A stretch of DNA of 64,000 nucleotides, from positions 128,975,852-129,039,851 of the forward strand of contig NC_068982.1 in NCBI RefSeq assembly GCF_001194135.2, given 5' to 3'. A program made the position numbers and the translations under genes. Shown here one piece after another: positions 14,701 through 28,552 of this stretch. The notes beneath the pieces were generated by a model, which made no database searches, had not been told where the DNA came from, and saw only the letters and a program-made list of their open reading frames with translations. Positions within the stretch are counted from its first letter, which is position 1, and each line of letters opens with the position of its first letter. Source of the DNA: Octopus bimaculoides. Its lineage: Eukaryota.

Positions 14701-17700
14701 NNNNNNNNNNNNNNNNNNNNNNGAGAGAGAGAGAGAGAGTTTGGGTTTTGGAAGTGAATAGAAACCAATTTTAAGGAGGGTTTTTTTAAGAAAAGTTAGG
14801 TTAGTTTTTCTAATAAAGTAAATGAACAGGTTATTACAGAAAGCTGATGAAAAGCTGAAGTTAGAAACTTGAACTAACAGTTAGAAAATTGAAATGCATG
14901 AGTAGTAGGATGGATATTCCAAAAAAAAAACACTTTACACACATTTTAAAAACATGGACTTTGGAAGAATAACAAAGAGGATACAACAAAATGCATAGAA
15001 ACAAACATAATGAATTTTACTATACAATGTCATGATATCAATTTTGGCTGATGCACATGAAGAAACGGTATATAAATTAACCAAATGTCAGACTGATATG
15101 AAAGCTTCTCACCATTGCTAACACTAAATATAAGGGTGATATTTATAGAGAATTTAATATTGTTTAGTGATGCAAAATATTTTGCTCTGGAAAGAAAAGC
15201 AATTCTACATGAATCCATAATTACATTTATTATATGAGGTCACCAAAAGATGATTTTTTGTTTTTCTTCAAAAGGTATTACTTTGTATGCTCAAAACAAG
15301 ATCTTTCAGTTGGGTATTATTTTGATGCTTTGAGAATACAAAATAACAATCATCTATTTGTATTCATGAAAAAAAAAAGAAAAAGGACTTTGAGGATACA
15401 GGAATAAAAAGGTAAACTACACTATTCAAAATTTACAGTAACATTATCATAAGTATCAATATTTATTTTGATTAGTTGTCAAAAATGTTTGGTTAAAACC
15501 CAACAGTATTGGTGTTATTGTGTTATAGGTCATTGCACAAATTATATTAGACACAGTGTTTAAAACTGACTGATACTGTTAACTGTATCAGTTAGAGTGC
15601 CTTATGCAAAAGTTCAAACCTTGCAGTCTTTTCTTCCATTAGTGCTTTATAAACTTCACTATTTGCAGCATTCCATGGAGTTTTCACATTTGCATTAGCA
15701 ACTTTTTCATTGTCTGTTACCGGTTTGGGGCTTCTTTTCCTATATAAGGGAGATAGTGAGGCAATTCTAATATTTTTTTTTGTTTTGTTTCTTTTATTAT
15801 TTTTTTTTCACACTACTGACATTTGTAAGATTTAAGAAATGTTTTCAGACTTTAATGAAAATATTTTCTAAAGTGTGATACAACCCTACATTCATTTTCT
15901 TTGTTGTTCGTATTTCTAAAAGATAAGCAAATATATTGCTCTTTCTCAAATTCTTGAATATATTCTGTATAACAGAAATATTTAGGTATAATTCAAGAAT
16001 CTTTGAAATCTAATATTTTGATTTCAGTATCTTTATACAGATGTCATCATAAGTAGAGGTTTTGGAGTAGCTAGCAGTAAGAGCAACCATAAAATAAATT
16101 CTTTCTAATGTTTTGAAGGTTCACTAGTAGTTGTTAATAGCTCCCATTATCAAAGTCACCTAATTAGTAGGTGAGGAAAGTGTTTGGAAGCATATTAGCA
16201 AGAGTAAGAACATAATGGAGAAAATTTGGGGAGCTATTACTTCTGCTGACAACAAGGAGATCCTTTCTTTCAGTATAGGGTAGATTGTATGATGCTTCTG
16301 TAGGTAGAGTGATACAGCATGAAAGCAAAAGAAAGGCACTGACTGAGGAAGATATGCAGAAGCTGAAAAGAAATGAAGCATGTATCTTCCACAGGATATG
16401 TAATGTTGGTGTACATGAACTACAGAGCACAAATGAGCTGAGAGAAAAACTGCGTATAAGAAGAGTCAGACATCATGTACAAGACAGTAGAATGCACTGG
16501 TACAAGCAAGTGATGTATATGGAGGGTGACAGCTGGATAAAGAACTGCCAAGCGATCCAATTGGAAGGAACCTACAGAAGATTACTGAGGCCATCCAGCC
16601 ATGCAAGCATGGAAAAGCAAATATTTAAACAATGATAATGATGAATGAGCAGTGGAAACATCATTACCATTCAATGTTATAATTTAATTAAAGCTGCTCA
16701 CATTATAAATATAACAGAAATATGCAGCTATTGAGGCAAATAATATTAGTAAATATAGCATAAGAAGCTAAACTCAATTTTTGCTTAAAATATGAATTAA
16801 AGATTCAGGTTCTAAGCATTTCTGTTATAAATACAATCTTATTTATGAATTACTTTTTGTTTTAGTAACAAGTATTCAATGAATTTACCTTTGAGGTGGT
16901 TTTGCAACTGGTACTTTTGCAACTGGAGTAATTGGTGGTGGCTTAGGAGCTGCTGGTGGCTGTACAGGCTTCTTGGATAATTTTGGACTTTCAACATGCT
17001 TAATAACTGGAGGTGCTGGAATAATAGGAGCTGGTTTTGGCTCAGGAACTGGTGCAGGTTTTGGTGCAGTATATGGTTCCACTTTGCTGTAATGTGATTT
17101 TAGTTGCATTTTAGAATATTTATTATTTAGTACAGTCACTTAAAAACAAATATTTCATGGAGACTAAACTCACTGAATTTTAAACTAAATTAAGGGATCT
17201 TATAAATTTTAGATAGATAATGTCAAGACTTTAAATTGAAGAAATCCCTAGCTATGGGTTGTGTACAATTCATGATCATTTTGCTTCAACAAGCCAATAG
17301 AACTATACATTACAACATTTACTTTAAACACACTTATCTGAACCAAGAAAACACAAACATACGAAAATACCTGCAACATTGTTCCTATAAACCATAAATT
17401 TATAATAGACTTGAAACATTTTATAATGAACTACAAGTAAATTCTGGAGCTCTCTACTATCTAAATTCACTTTCATTGAGGTCTGCATGCAAGCCCTTGA
17501 AACAAAATCAAACTACAAAAGAAAATTTGATGTGACATATTCTGATACTAACACAAACCTTCATACAAATAAAGATGCATACAGTAACTGAAGATATCAA
17601 ACTATTGGTTTACATTGGTTAATATTTTTATTATTTCATTTCCAAATAATCATTGCCATCCTCACCTTTAATGTCCACTTTCCCATGCTTGCAAGAGAAG

Positions 17701-20700
17701 ATGAGTTTATTGAAGCAAATTTTTATGGCTTGATGCTCTCCTCACCTGTTTCCAAGCAAGGTTATAATTGCCGGTGGCCAGATATGCTTTTGCAGAATAT
17801 CAGAAATGAATGATACTTCTTGTATGATAGGTGGTACTCGCACACTATGTCAAGACAAGGACACACACACATTTATAATCTTCTGTCTACCAAATCTGCT
17901 CACAAGGTTTTGGGTCAGTCCAAGGCTATAGTAGAAGATACTTGTCCAAGGTATCATGTCAGACTAAAACTGAAACCATATGGTTGGGAAGCAAACTTTC
18001 TCAACCACACCTTTTTACAATCTTTTCATTCTATTGTGATAGACCTGAATTTTATTTAATTACGTATTAAATCTTAAGTTTTAAAGTTTTTAGAGAGTTG
18101 TAAATATTAAAATAATATTATTTTATAATTTCAGATTTAGTGTCTTGTTAATACTAGTAGACATTAGGGATCTATATTTTTCTTTTGTTCATATGAATTA
18201 TTTTATTTGGTAATCTGCACTATTTTTTATTTATCTGGATTTTCTCATTAATTCTTCCTTAACAACATCGTTCGTTCGTTTAACGTCCGCTTTCCATGCT
18301 AGCATGGGTTGGACGATTTGACTGAGGACTGGTGAACCAGATGGCTGCACCAGGCTCCAATCTGATTTGGCAGAGTTTCTACAGTTGGATGCCCTTCCTA
18401 ACGCCAGCCACTCTGAGAGTGTAGTGGGTGCTTTTACGTGCCACTGGCTATTTAGGGTTGCAACTCTAGCAAAACAATCACCATCATCATTGTTTTAATG
18501 TCCACTTTTCCAAGCATGCCTGGGTCAGACAGAGTTTATTGAGAGAGATTTTCTATGCCTGGATGCCTTTCATGTTGCCATTCTTACCTGTTTTCAAGCA
18601 AGGTAATATTTCCCCATGGTCAGACATATTTTCGCAGAATATTGGAAATGTATGACATTCATTTACAATAATCATGTGATGTCAAGACAAGGAGACACAA
18701 ACATACACACACATATATCCATATGTATGTATGCATATGTGTATGTGTGTATGTATGCATGTATGTACATGATGGGCTTCTTTCAGTTTCCATCTACCAA
18801 ATCCACTCACAAGGCTTTGGTTAGCCCAGGACTATAATAAAACACACTTGCTCAAGATGTACCACAATGAGACTGAACTCAAAACCTTGTGGTTGAGGGA
18901 CAAACTTCTTAACCACACATCCATGCCTGTGCCTACCCAGGAAAAAACACAAAGTGTTTAGATCCTTATTCAGTGATCTTGAAATGTTAATACTATACCT
19001 TTAAAAGATTATTGTGCAAGTGTTATACTTTCACTGCTTGCCATGTTATTATATTTCCATTATTAATTACTAATCCACTGAATAAAACAACATTATTTCT
19101 TTGAATAAAAGAAAGTATTTAAAACTTTTGGAAGGCATGAGACCTTGTGGTTATGGTGGTGCACTCGCTATTGTAAGATTGTTGTTCAGTTCCCAGATTG
19201 GGTTGTACTTTTGTGTTCTTGAGCAAAACACTTCATTTCACATTGCTCCAGTTCACTCAGCTGTAAATAACTTCAAGCAACAGCTGGGAAGTAAACCCTG
19301 CAACAGACCAGCATCCTGTTCAGGGGTCAGTTTTGTTATCTCAGTTCCTTATATGCCTTGGGAACTGGGTTAAACACCTGCCTTATGAATCTTTAAGACT
19401 CATGACAGATGTATGTCTAAGTAAGTTCCATATTTATTCTTATAACAATTAAACCTTATGTATATGTTGCATCAATATGCAACTGTCATGAAATCCACTG
19501 TTAGTTTTTCAAATATCAGATAAAAAGGTATCCTTTAAGAAAATAGCCTTCATGGAAATGTAAACATGCTTTTGCTTTTGTTTCGTTTTGGTGCTTATTG
19601 TGTTCTTATCCATAGATTCTTCATCAAGTAAATTGTTTCTTATAGAATACCTTATTCTATTGTATATCTCTGTGTGCATCTCAGTTTTAGAACAGGTACC
19701 CCACATTCTTGTATGTCAGTAGTGGTGGATAAAATTTTTGACATCAGGAAGAGTAGCCAACCGTAAAGCACTATCTTGAAAATGTTGATGATTATAATTT
19801 CGGAAGGTTTTTTTTCTTATGGTAATAGAAATTTCTATGCATAAAAATGTTCCTTCAAGAGTCACAATATTCTATCAATACCTCAAAGTAGCAGACTGGT
19901 AGCATTGATAGATCAATAAATAAACTGCTACATGATATTTAGTTATGTTTGTTTTTGAGTTCAAATACCCTCCTAGGATAACTTTATGTTTAATCTTTGT
20001 TGAAAAAAATAAGTACCCATCAAATACTAGGTTTCAAGCCTTTTCACTACTCTTAGAAATTTTATGACTACCTAGCCAGATTTCCTTAAGTCAGATGCGC
20101 TCTCTGTCATCAATCCTTGCCTGTTTTCAAGCAATATGATTTCCCCATGGCACGTTTTCATTAAATTTTGAAGAGTTTGATGATGATGCTTATTTACAAC
20201 TATTGTGTAATGACAAGAAAAGAAAAACACACACACACACACAAAATAGGCTTCTTTTACTTTCTGTCTACCATATCTACCACTTACCAGGCTTTAGTTG
20301 GCTCAAGGCTATAGCAGATGACACTTGACTAAGTTGCCATGCAGCGGGACCAATCCCAAAACCATGTGGTTAGAAAGTAAACTTCTTAACTGCACACCTA
20401 TGTTTGCACTTGAAGTATGTCTATAGATATTAGGACTTCATTACATTGAACAAAGCAAGCCAACTGTGTTTACACTAATTATGCTTTTTTATAAGAATTA
20501 AATTCAGAAACTAAAAGAGAAGCTTAAAAACTGATTGTAACCACTCCAAATAAATGAATAACTAAGTTTTGCCCATTAGTTTCAGCATCAAGTGCATAAA
20601 CAAACACATTGTAATAGTTGATAAACAATCTCTATTGTTGATAAAAATTTATGCGCTTATGCCTTGACAGTTTAAATACTACACCTTCACTGGCATGGAT

Positions 20701-23700
20701 TTTAACAATTAAATTATTATTTTAACGTCTAGGAGAAAGTAATACAGAGCATAATTTGATAGTTATCTGGTCGTAAGATTATATTTTGGTTTAAAATTTT
20801 GGAACTATGAAGTATCAGGTGACATAACATCTACTATTCTTTTTTATGTGAAAGACTTTTAAAAAATAAGGAAAAACAACAGAATAATATGTTGCTTAAT
20901 ATAATAATTGTTTTATGTTGCCATTTAATTTTCTATCATTTTATATGCTCTTAAGAAAGCATGTTTGATTATAATGGGCTACTCACACTTAAGAAATATA
21001 TTTACTTTGTCTTGCCACAAGATTTTTATCATAACTTGTGTAATTTTTCATATTTTTTTTTCAGCATTTACTTTTCCATTCACTATTGTGGCGATGTATA
21101 GCTGAGTAGTAAGGGTGTTGCCCTTATGACTAAGATCGTGACCTTGATTCCCAGACCAGGCAGTGCATTGTATTCTAGAGCAAAACACTTCATTTCATGT
21201 TGCTCCAGTCCTCTCAAGAGTAAACAAGTTCCAGCAATACCTGAGAAGTTAATGATGTGATTGATGGACTGGCATCCTGATCAAGAGGGAGTGGTGTAAT
21301 CTCAGCCACTTATATATCATGGAAACCTGGATAAGCTTTGACTTTATGAGACCTAGCACTTATAACAGGCCTAAGTCCTAACTTTTCCTTGCTTGCATAT
21401 GTCAGTACACTGTGGCAGAGTTTTCTAAGGTCAGAGCCATTCCTATCACTAACACCCACTTATGTCCAAGGGAGGTAATAATCTCACAGTCTCGACACAT
21501 TTTGTGTAGAAAACTGGAAACAAATGATACTGTATGAATGAGGCTCTTGTTTCAAAGGTTACAGGACAAGTCAAGAAGCCTAGACATGTCTTTGCAGAGA
21601 ACTGCAAGCAAACACCATTAGCTAAACAATTGTTTACAATCAGTGAACAAGAATACTGTCTCCTATCTTTTCTATTACTACTGTAATAGTCGCTGTTCTC
21701 AGGAGCTGGCTGATCTTCTACTTCTGCCCTTTAGGTACTGTTATCTCACTTGTCTCTGCATCTCCCATTAGCCTTGGTGCATCCAACATCCTAGCCCTTT
21801 GTAACCACTATGCCCTAATTCAGTAAATGAAAAAAGTAAGACATAAGCTGTTTCTTTTCATTAACAGCTTAGAATAGATATCTATGTGCATTTTTTAAAA
21901 CCTATCAATATATATTGCTTTAATGTATCTCTTTTATAATGGCATATCATTTTGAACATGCACACACTGTTTATGTTTGTGTAGTTAATACTGAATGCAT
22001 ACAGTCTTCCATGTCACTTACTATAGAAAATATAGCAGTGGGTAAAGACACTTACAAATATACACTATATATTTTTTTTAATGTGAACTTTTAGTCAACA
22101 AGGCCAGGAAAATATATTTTATCCCTTTCTTAACCTAGCTCTTTTCTGTTTTCCAACTATTTTTTTTTCTGGCCCTGCCTCCCTATCCTTTCTCTCTCTC
22201 TACAACTAAGTCAGTATCATACACACACTCAAACACAATCATAAATATATGATAGGTGATACAAATAACTAAATTGAAATCACTCTTAACATTGTGATGA
22301 GATGACTGACAATAGCTGTTTGGACGCTGGTGATTTAGCATGGTTGACTGGATACTGAACCTGTTTTTGGTGACAGTACTATTTAGCACTGGAGACAAAC
22401 ACACACATACATATCAAAATATACACATAGTGTGAGAGAGATGGGGAGAGAGAGATTATAATTTATTAACTGAATAAGATTGACACTAACTCTTTCCCTC
22501 TCTTCATGCACACAGAGAAGTATGCTGACACACACACACAGTGAGAGAGAGGGGGGGATGAAAGTAACATTAAAATGTTTGATGTCAAATAAGTCAGCAT
22601 CGAATCAGCAATGCAAAATAGACTGGACCAAAAAGGGCTGTGGCAAAGCATCTCATACTCCTCAGAATTAATGGAAAAACATTTTTGATTGACGCTCTAT
22701 TATAGTCAACCCAATGAAAGATAATTTATGTAAGAAAAATTAAATAATAACCTTGGTTTAGTCAATTCAGGAGCTGGAGTAGGTTTTCTCACTGGCTTAT
22801 CTTCATCCCTACATAGAAAAGATAATCATTTCATCAATGTATGTGAACCATTAAATGAACTTGCAATACACATGGAAATTCCATGGTTATTTTAAAAACT
22901 ATAAGACCGTTGAAAGTTTATAGAAAACCATGAATTACGTAATTTCTTTTAAAATTGCATGTTTTCTTGAGATGGTGCGAAGTCCACATAGGTAATACTG
23001 AAGGTGAGTCTTAGGATAGAACACCTTTGAAAACTAAATTCTTTGTTACACACTTGTCACTTCTTCTAACTAGAAAGTTATCTATCTTTACATCAAGAAG
23101 TGAATGTATTCTAGAAAGAGTTAAATACAACTGTCCATGAGAAAATACTGGTTCACTTCTCTTCATGTTTCCAATGTAAATCATGTTATGAAAATTATTT
23201 AAAATGTGTTGAAAAAATAATGTAAACAAACTAGAAGAAATAATTTATCTAAATATTATTCTGCTATAGTATGGTTACATTGGTAACACATTACCAAATA
23301 TCAATACACTGTACTACAGCTTTATTTTCATATCAGAGAAAAGTTTATATGACTGGCCTTGAACCCACAGTCTCTGTGAATGGCACACAGTAGCTGCTCA
23401 ACTGTACTGTGGATTCTAAAATAATATTTAGCAGTAATATATGTATAGATATGACAATTTAAAATTATTTATCTCTCAGTCAGTTGTTTTATGGATAATA
23501 TGTAAATGTGTCCATAATAGATTATGTTCATGATATTGTTCCATAGTTTGTCAAGTATCTTATAATATAAATGGATATTGTAAAATAGATTAATTATATC
23601 TTCAGTTTCATTCCATAGTTAAAGCTCGTATGTAGATCATAGCAGAATATTATTGAGTGTATCTAGAGCAAGATTTCAACACTGAGCCTGTAAAAGTGAT

Positions 23701-25122
23701 ATGTAAATAATATGTTGCTTTCTTTCCAAGCCTTGAAATGTTTTAATAATCCTAAGCTGATTACATGTCCATTTTATATGGCAACAAACTATTTTATTCT
23801 ACTTACAGTGTACAAAAATAATGCATACAATAACATATAAAAAATATGTAAGTATGAAAATTTGTGAACAGAAAACAGAGTTCCATAAATAAAAACACAT
23901 GCACAGATTCTCTTTTTCACTTCACACACACACAAATATATATACTGTGGAGTTTGTATGTGTTCAGTATGTATGCATAGGCACAAAGTAGTCATTGGAA
24001 AGGTTATTTTGTTAGGAAGTTCAGTTTGCAATCACATGGTCCCAGGTCTAACCTGACTACACAGCATCTTGAGGTGTCTTTTACTATATATAGCCTCATG
24101 GAAACTAAGAGAAATAATTCACAGATGCTAATGATTTGAATTTAAGTAATTAAGTTGAAGATGGTGAACCAAATGTTGTACTATTGTATGTAAGAAATCT
24201 ATTCATCAGTAATTTCTAGTAACTCCCAAAGAGTAGGTCAGATAATTTTAAGAAATTAAGAATAAATTTTCAGTTAACTTATATGGTTAGAAAAAATTTA
24301 CCCTTATTTCTGTTCACAAGCAAGGGACCACTATGGACATATGCTTTGGTCAATTGACCTCATCGTCACAGTGCCATTTAACAAACACTGCAGATCAGTG
24401 GATAGATTTTTACATAGAGTAAAAGGGCTGCATATATTTTTAACCATGTGTAATTGGCATGTCTTTAAATAAAAAGGGCTAGGGGAAACAACTCAAAGGG
24501 ACCATATATATATAAATATATATCATGAATTTGGGAAATTAAAGGGTGAATTTATTGAAATTACAAAGGAGACAATTCAAAAACCTAGTTGTAAATGTTA
24601 GCAACACTCAAAGAGAAGGGGAGGTAATTGATAATTACCCAAGTAACAGTTTAACTACTTTGAAGAGTAGTAAATAGCTGCATTAAAAATATCTGAAAAC
24701 TACTTGAAATTATCTCCCCTCCTCTTTAAAAGTTACAAACAACTAGATATTTGTTTTTTGTGTGAAATTTCAATAAATTAAGAATTTATAACAAACAGCA
24801 TTCAATAATTCACCTTATAACCTTCTCGTGAATTACTATGTAAGTGGCTGAAGAGACCACAAACATCTGCAGCCCAAACCTAATTCTCAGGCAGAATCTA
24901 TATGACACAGTGTGATGTAGCTAGCATGTACGCCAACGTTACTGACAAAATCTACCCGACAAGTTTCTATATACGATTCCTCTACCCAATTTCACTTATA
25001 AGGCATGGGTTAACTTGAGGCTATCGAAATTGTCATTTTCCCAGCATGCCCACACAGTGGAACTAAACCTCGGACCTTGTTTGCAAAACAAAATGCTTAA
25101 CCCTTCAACCATAGTGCTCCTG

Positions 25123-25203
<81 letters not shown>

Positions 25204-26860
25204 GACAGTTGCTAACAAAATCATGTTATCTAACAAAACAACACATCATAAAAATGTTAGTAATGTAATAACAGTTTAAATGTTTTAGTTTCTACGTCTG
25301 AAATATGTTTACATTACAAATAATATCAACCCTTTTCCTTTTGTATTTTCTACTTCCTCAGAAATAAAGTATGATCTGAATAATAATGTAGAATTAATCT
25401 GAAATAATGTAGAATTAATGCTGAAATAATTTTACACATTCTAATATCTCACATGAACCAATGAGGAAGCTTCTATACTACCAATTAGAAACAGAAGCTA
25501 ACTCTCCCTCACTTAACACCCATCCATCTTAAAATAAGATACATAGGTTAACTCAGTTCTAGATGACCTGTGAATGAAAATAGGATAGGAATGCCTTTAA
25601 CACAGGTCTAATCTGGTGTCAAAACAACTACTACATTATCCTCTTTCAAAAATGTATTTCTTAAATATAATCATCATCAACATCATCGTTTAATGTCCAC
25701 CTTCCATGCTAGCATGGGTTGGACGATTTGACTGAGGACTGATGACCCAGATGGCTACACCAGGCTCCAATCTGATCTAGCAGAGTTTCTACAGCTGGAT
25801 GCCCTTCCTAACGCCAGCCACTCCGAGAGTGTAAACATTTTTAGCATTAGAAGGCATCCAGCTGTAGAAAGCAAGCCAAGGCAGACAATTCCTGTCAAAC
25901 CATCTGACCTATACCAGCATGGAAAATGGACATTAAATGATGATGATGATGATGATGACACTTGTGACTCACCTAAATTAATACAAATCGTTATTTTTTC
26001 AAGAATCAAAGCACTAGAAATCATATAATTAAATATTTTAGATTCCTAAATTTCATAGAATTAAAATTACGACTTCACTCTCAATAAATGAGAGGTTGAA
26101 TCTGTGTAATATAATTCATAAACAAAAAAATATGAAAATGAAACAAAAAATGGTTAATACATTACTCATTACTTGATTGGCTAATAACTAAGTTTATATT
26201 ATTTTCTCATTAATGTAAATGCTAATAGACACTTGCATGGACACGTAAAGTGATCCAAATGGAAGGAATCCTTGAAAGAGGAAGTCAGAGGAAGAGAGAA
26301 ATAAGTAGATCTGTTGTGGCTAAACCTCACAAAAGGACATAATAAATGACTGCAACAAATGACTAGCCACAGACCCTGTAAATGCTCATCCAACACAAAC
26401 AAGTAGGAGTAAATGGACATGTTGGTGATAGTGGTTGCAGTGATAATGATGGTGAGGATGCTTTTAAAGTATATTCTACTACATACTGAGAGTATATCAA
26501 GAATAATGAGAATATAACAAGAATTGGATTTTTAGATTAAAAAACCGGCTACTACATTTGAAAATATTAAATTATATATATTATGAAATAATTCAAATAT
26601 AAAATAAATGCATTTATATATGATATATTCAAATTTAAGCATTGTTATGTATGGCAACTATCTAGTTTGTGTCAGTTTATGCAACACTTAGTAACTACAA
26701 CGTCATGCTTTAATTCACAATACTGAAAACTAGATTGCAAAATCAAAAACAAAAACATTTTATAAAAAACAATATCCAAGTATAAAGAAAATTCAAAATG
26801 GGTGAACATGAAATAAAAAACAAACTTTATTGAAGTTTTTTATTGCAATGTACATACAAC

Positions 26861-26898
<38 letters not shown>

Positions 26899-27132
26899 AT
26901 ATATATATATGTGTATTCTTTCTTTTTTATTCTTATATTTGTTTCAGTCATTTGACTGAGGCCATGCTGGAGCACCGCCTTTAGTCAAGCAAATCGACCC
27001 CAGGACTTATTCTTTGTAAGCCTAGTACTATACTATTGGCCTCTTTTGTCAAACCGCTAAATTACATGGATTAAACACACCAGCATCAGTTGTCAAGCGA
27101 TGGTGGAAGAACAAACACAGACACACTAACAT

Positions 27133-27183
<51 letters not shown>

Positions 27184-27344
27184 AGGCTTCTTTCAGTTTC
27201 CATCTACCAAATCCACTCACAAGGCTTTGGTCGGCCCAAGGCTATAGTAGAAGACACTTGCCCAAGGTGTCATGCAGTGGGACTGAACCTGGAATCATGT
27301 GGTTGGTAAGCAAGCTACTTACCCCACAGCCACTCCTGTGCCTA

Positions 27345-27375
<31 letters not shown>

Positions 27376-28514
27376 GTAACTTGAATCAACATGAGACAAA
27401 TAGAGAAAACTCAATACACAGAAAAGTAATTATTTTCATATAGATTTCAAGGTGGTAAAACTGAATAACATAATATTCAAGATTATTAAGTCTCAAAAGG
27501 GCTGTTTAGGTAGTGTCTGTACCACTATTTCCATTTCATTTCAAACTTTCATGAAACGAGTGACTAGTTTCTGTCATGCACCATCTAAAGCAATATAAGA
27601 GTGATACTTTATGGCTAGTTTATTGAGATTATTTTCCTTTAGCTGGCAATGAAGTAAATAGTGCTGAGTAGCTTAAATAGATCTTTTTAATTTTTACAAT
27701 ATTGGGAGCAGAGAAGGGGATGGGTAGTCTCATATGTCTATGAATCAGATATAAATGAGTTAACTGTGGCTGTTTTTGCTTAATTTTGTTGCATGAAAGA
27801 TTTCAGAATTTTAATAAATACTTGTCAAAATGGTAGTATCTACCACAAAATTCTAATAGCACGTTTAAATATTTAAATGAGGTTTCAACGCTGTCAAATA
27901 GTAATCTTTTCTGATGTGCATAACTGAATAATAATGAACAGCATTAAAGCCTCAATTAAGTATTTAAACATAGAATCAGAATCTTTGACAGATGCAACCA
28001 CTTTAGTAAGTACCTTTTAGCTTGACTACTTGTAACTAAATGATACTGTTCCAAATAATCTTGTTAAACTTTCAAGTTCACCTATAAAGTGCTCAGTACT
28101 GTGTGCCCCCAAAGGAAATGATTCCAACAAGCTAGCTATGAATTATTCCTCCTTACATTACATTGAGTTTAACAGGAATCTAATGAAATATTTGTCTTTC
28201 AGAATTTTGAAATGGAATGGAGATGTACTGGTATATAAATCTGTTTAAATGAGCCTATTGAAACATAATAATCCTGGATATTGTTATGCTATTCCACTGG
28301 TGAAACTTTAACAATTGTAACCATCCTGAAAGCAATATTAAATAATATTGATAGAAAGGTCAACAAAAGAAAGAAATAGACCTTGATATTATGTAAATAG
28401 AGGAATTAATCTGTAAATAATATGTGACAATTATTCGGTAGCCATGATAAACCTCCGAGTTTTGGATACCGGGGTTTTATCATGGCTACCGAATAATTGT
28501 CACATATTATTTAC

Positions 28515-28552
<38 letters not shown>

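Noticed and set aside
21655-21730. Open frame AEVEDQPAPENSDYYSSNRKDRR
   Set aside because: The acceptor is poor (cctaaag, no pyrimidine tract), the donor is weak, and flanking frames contain stops.
25973-26013. 41-nt candidate exon with a strong AG|GTGAGT donor
   Set aside because: It is phase 2-1, so it would frameshift in the cassette block, and the peptide is unremarkable.
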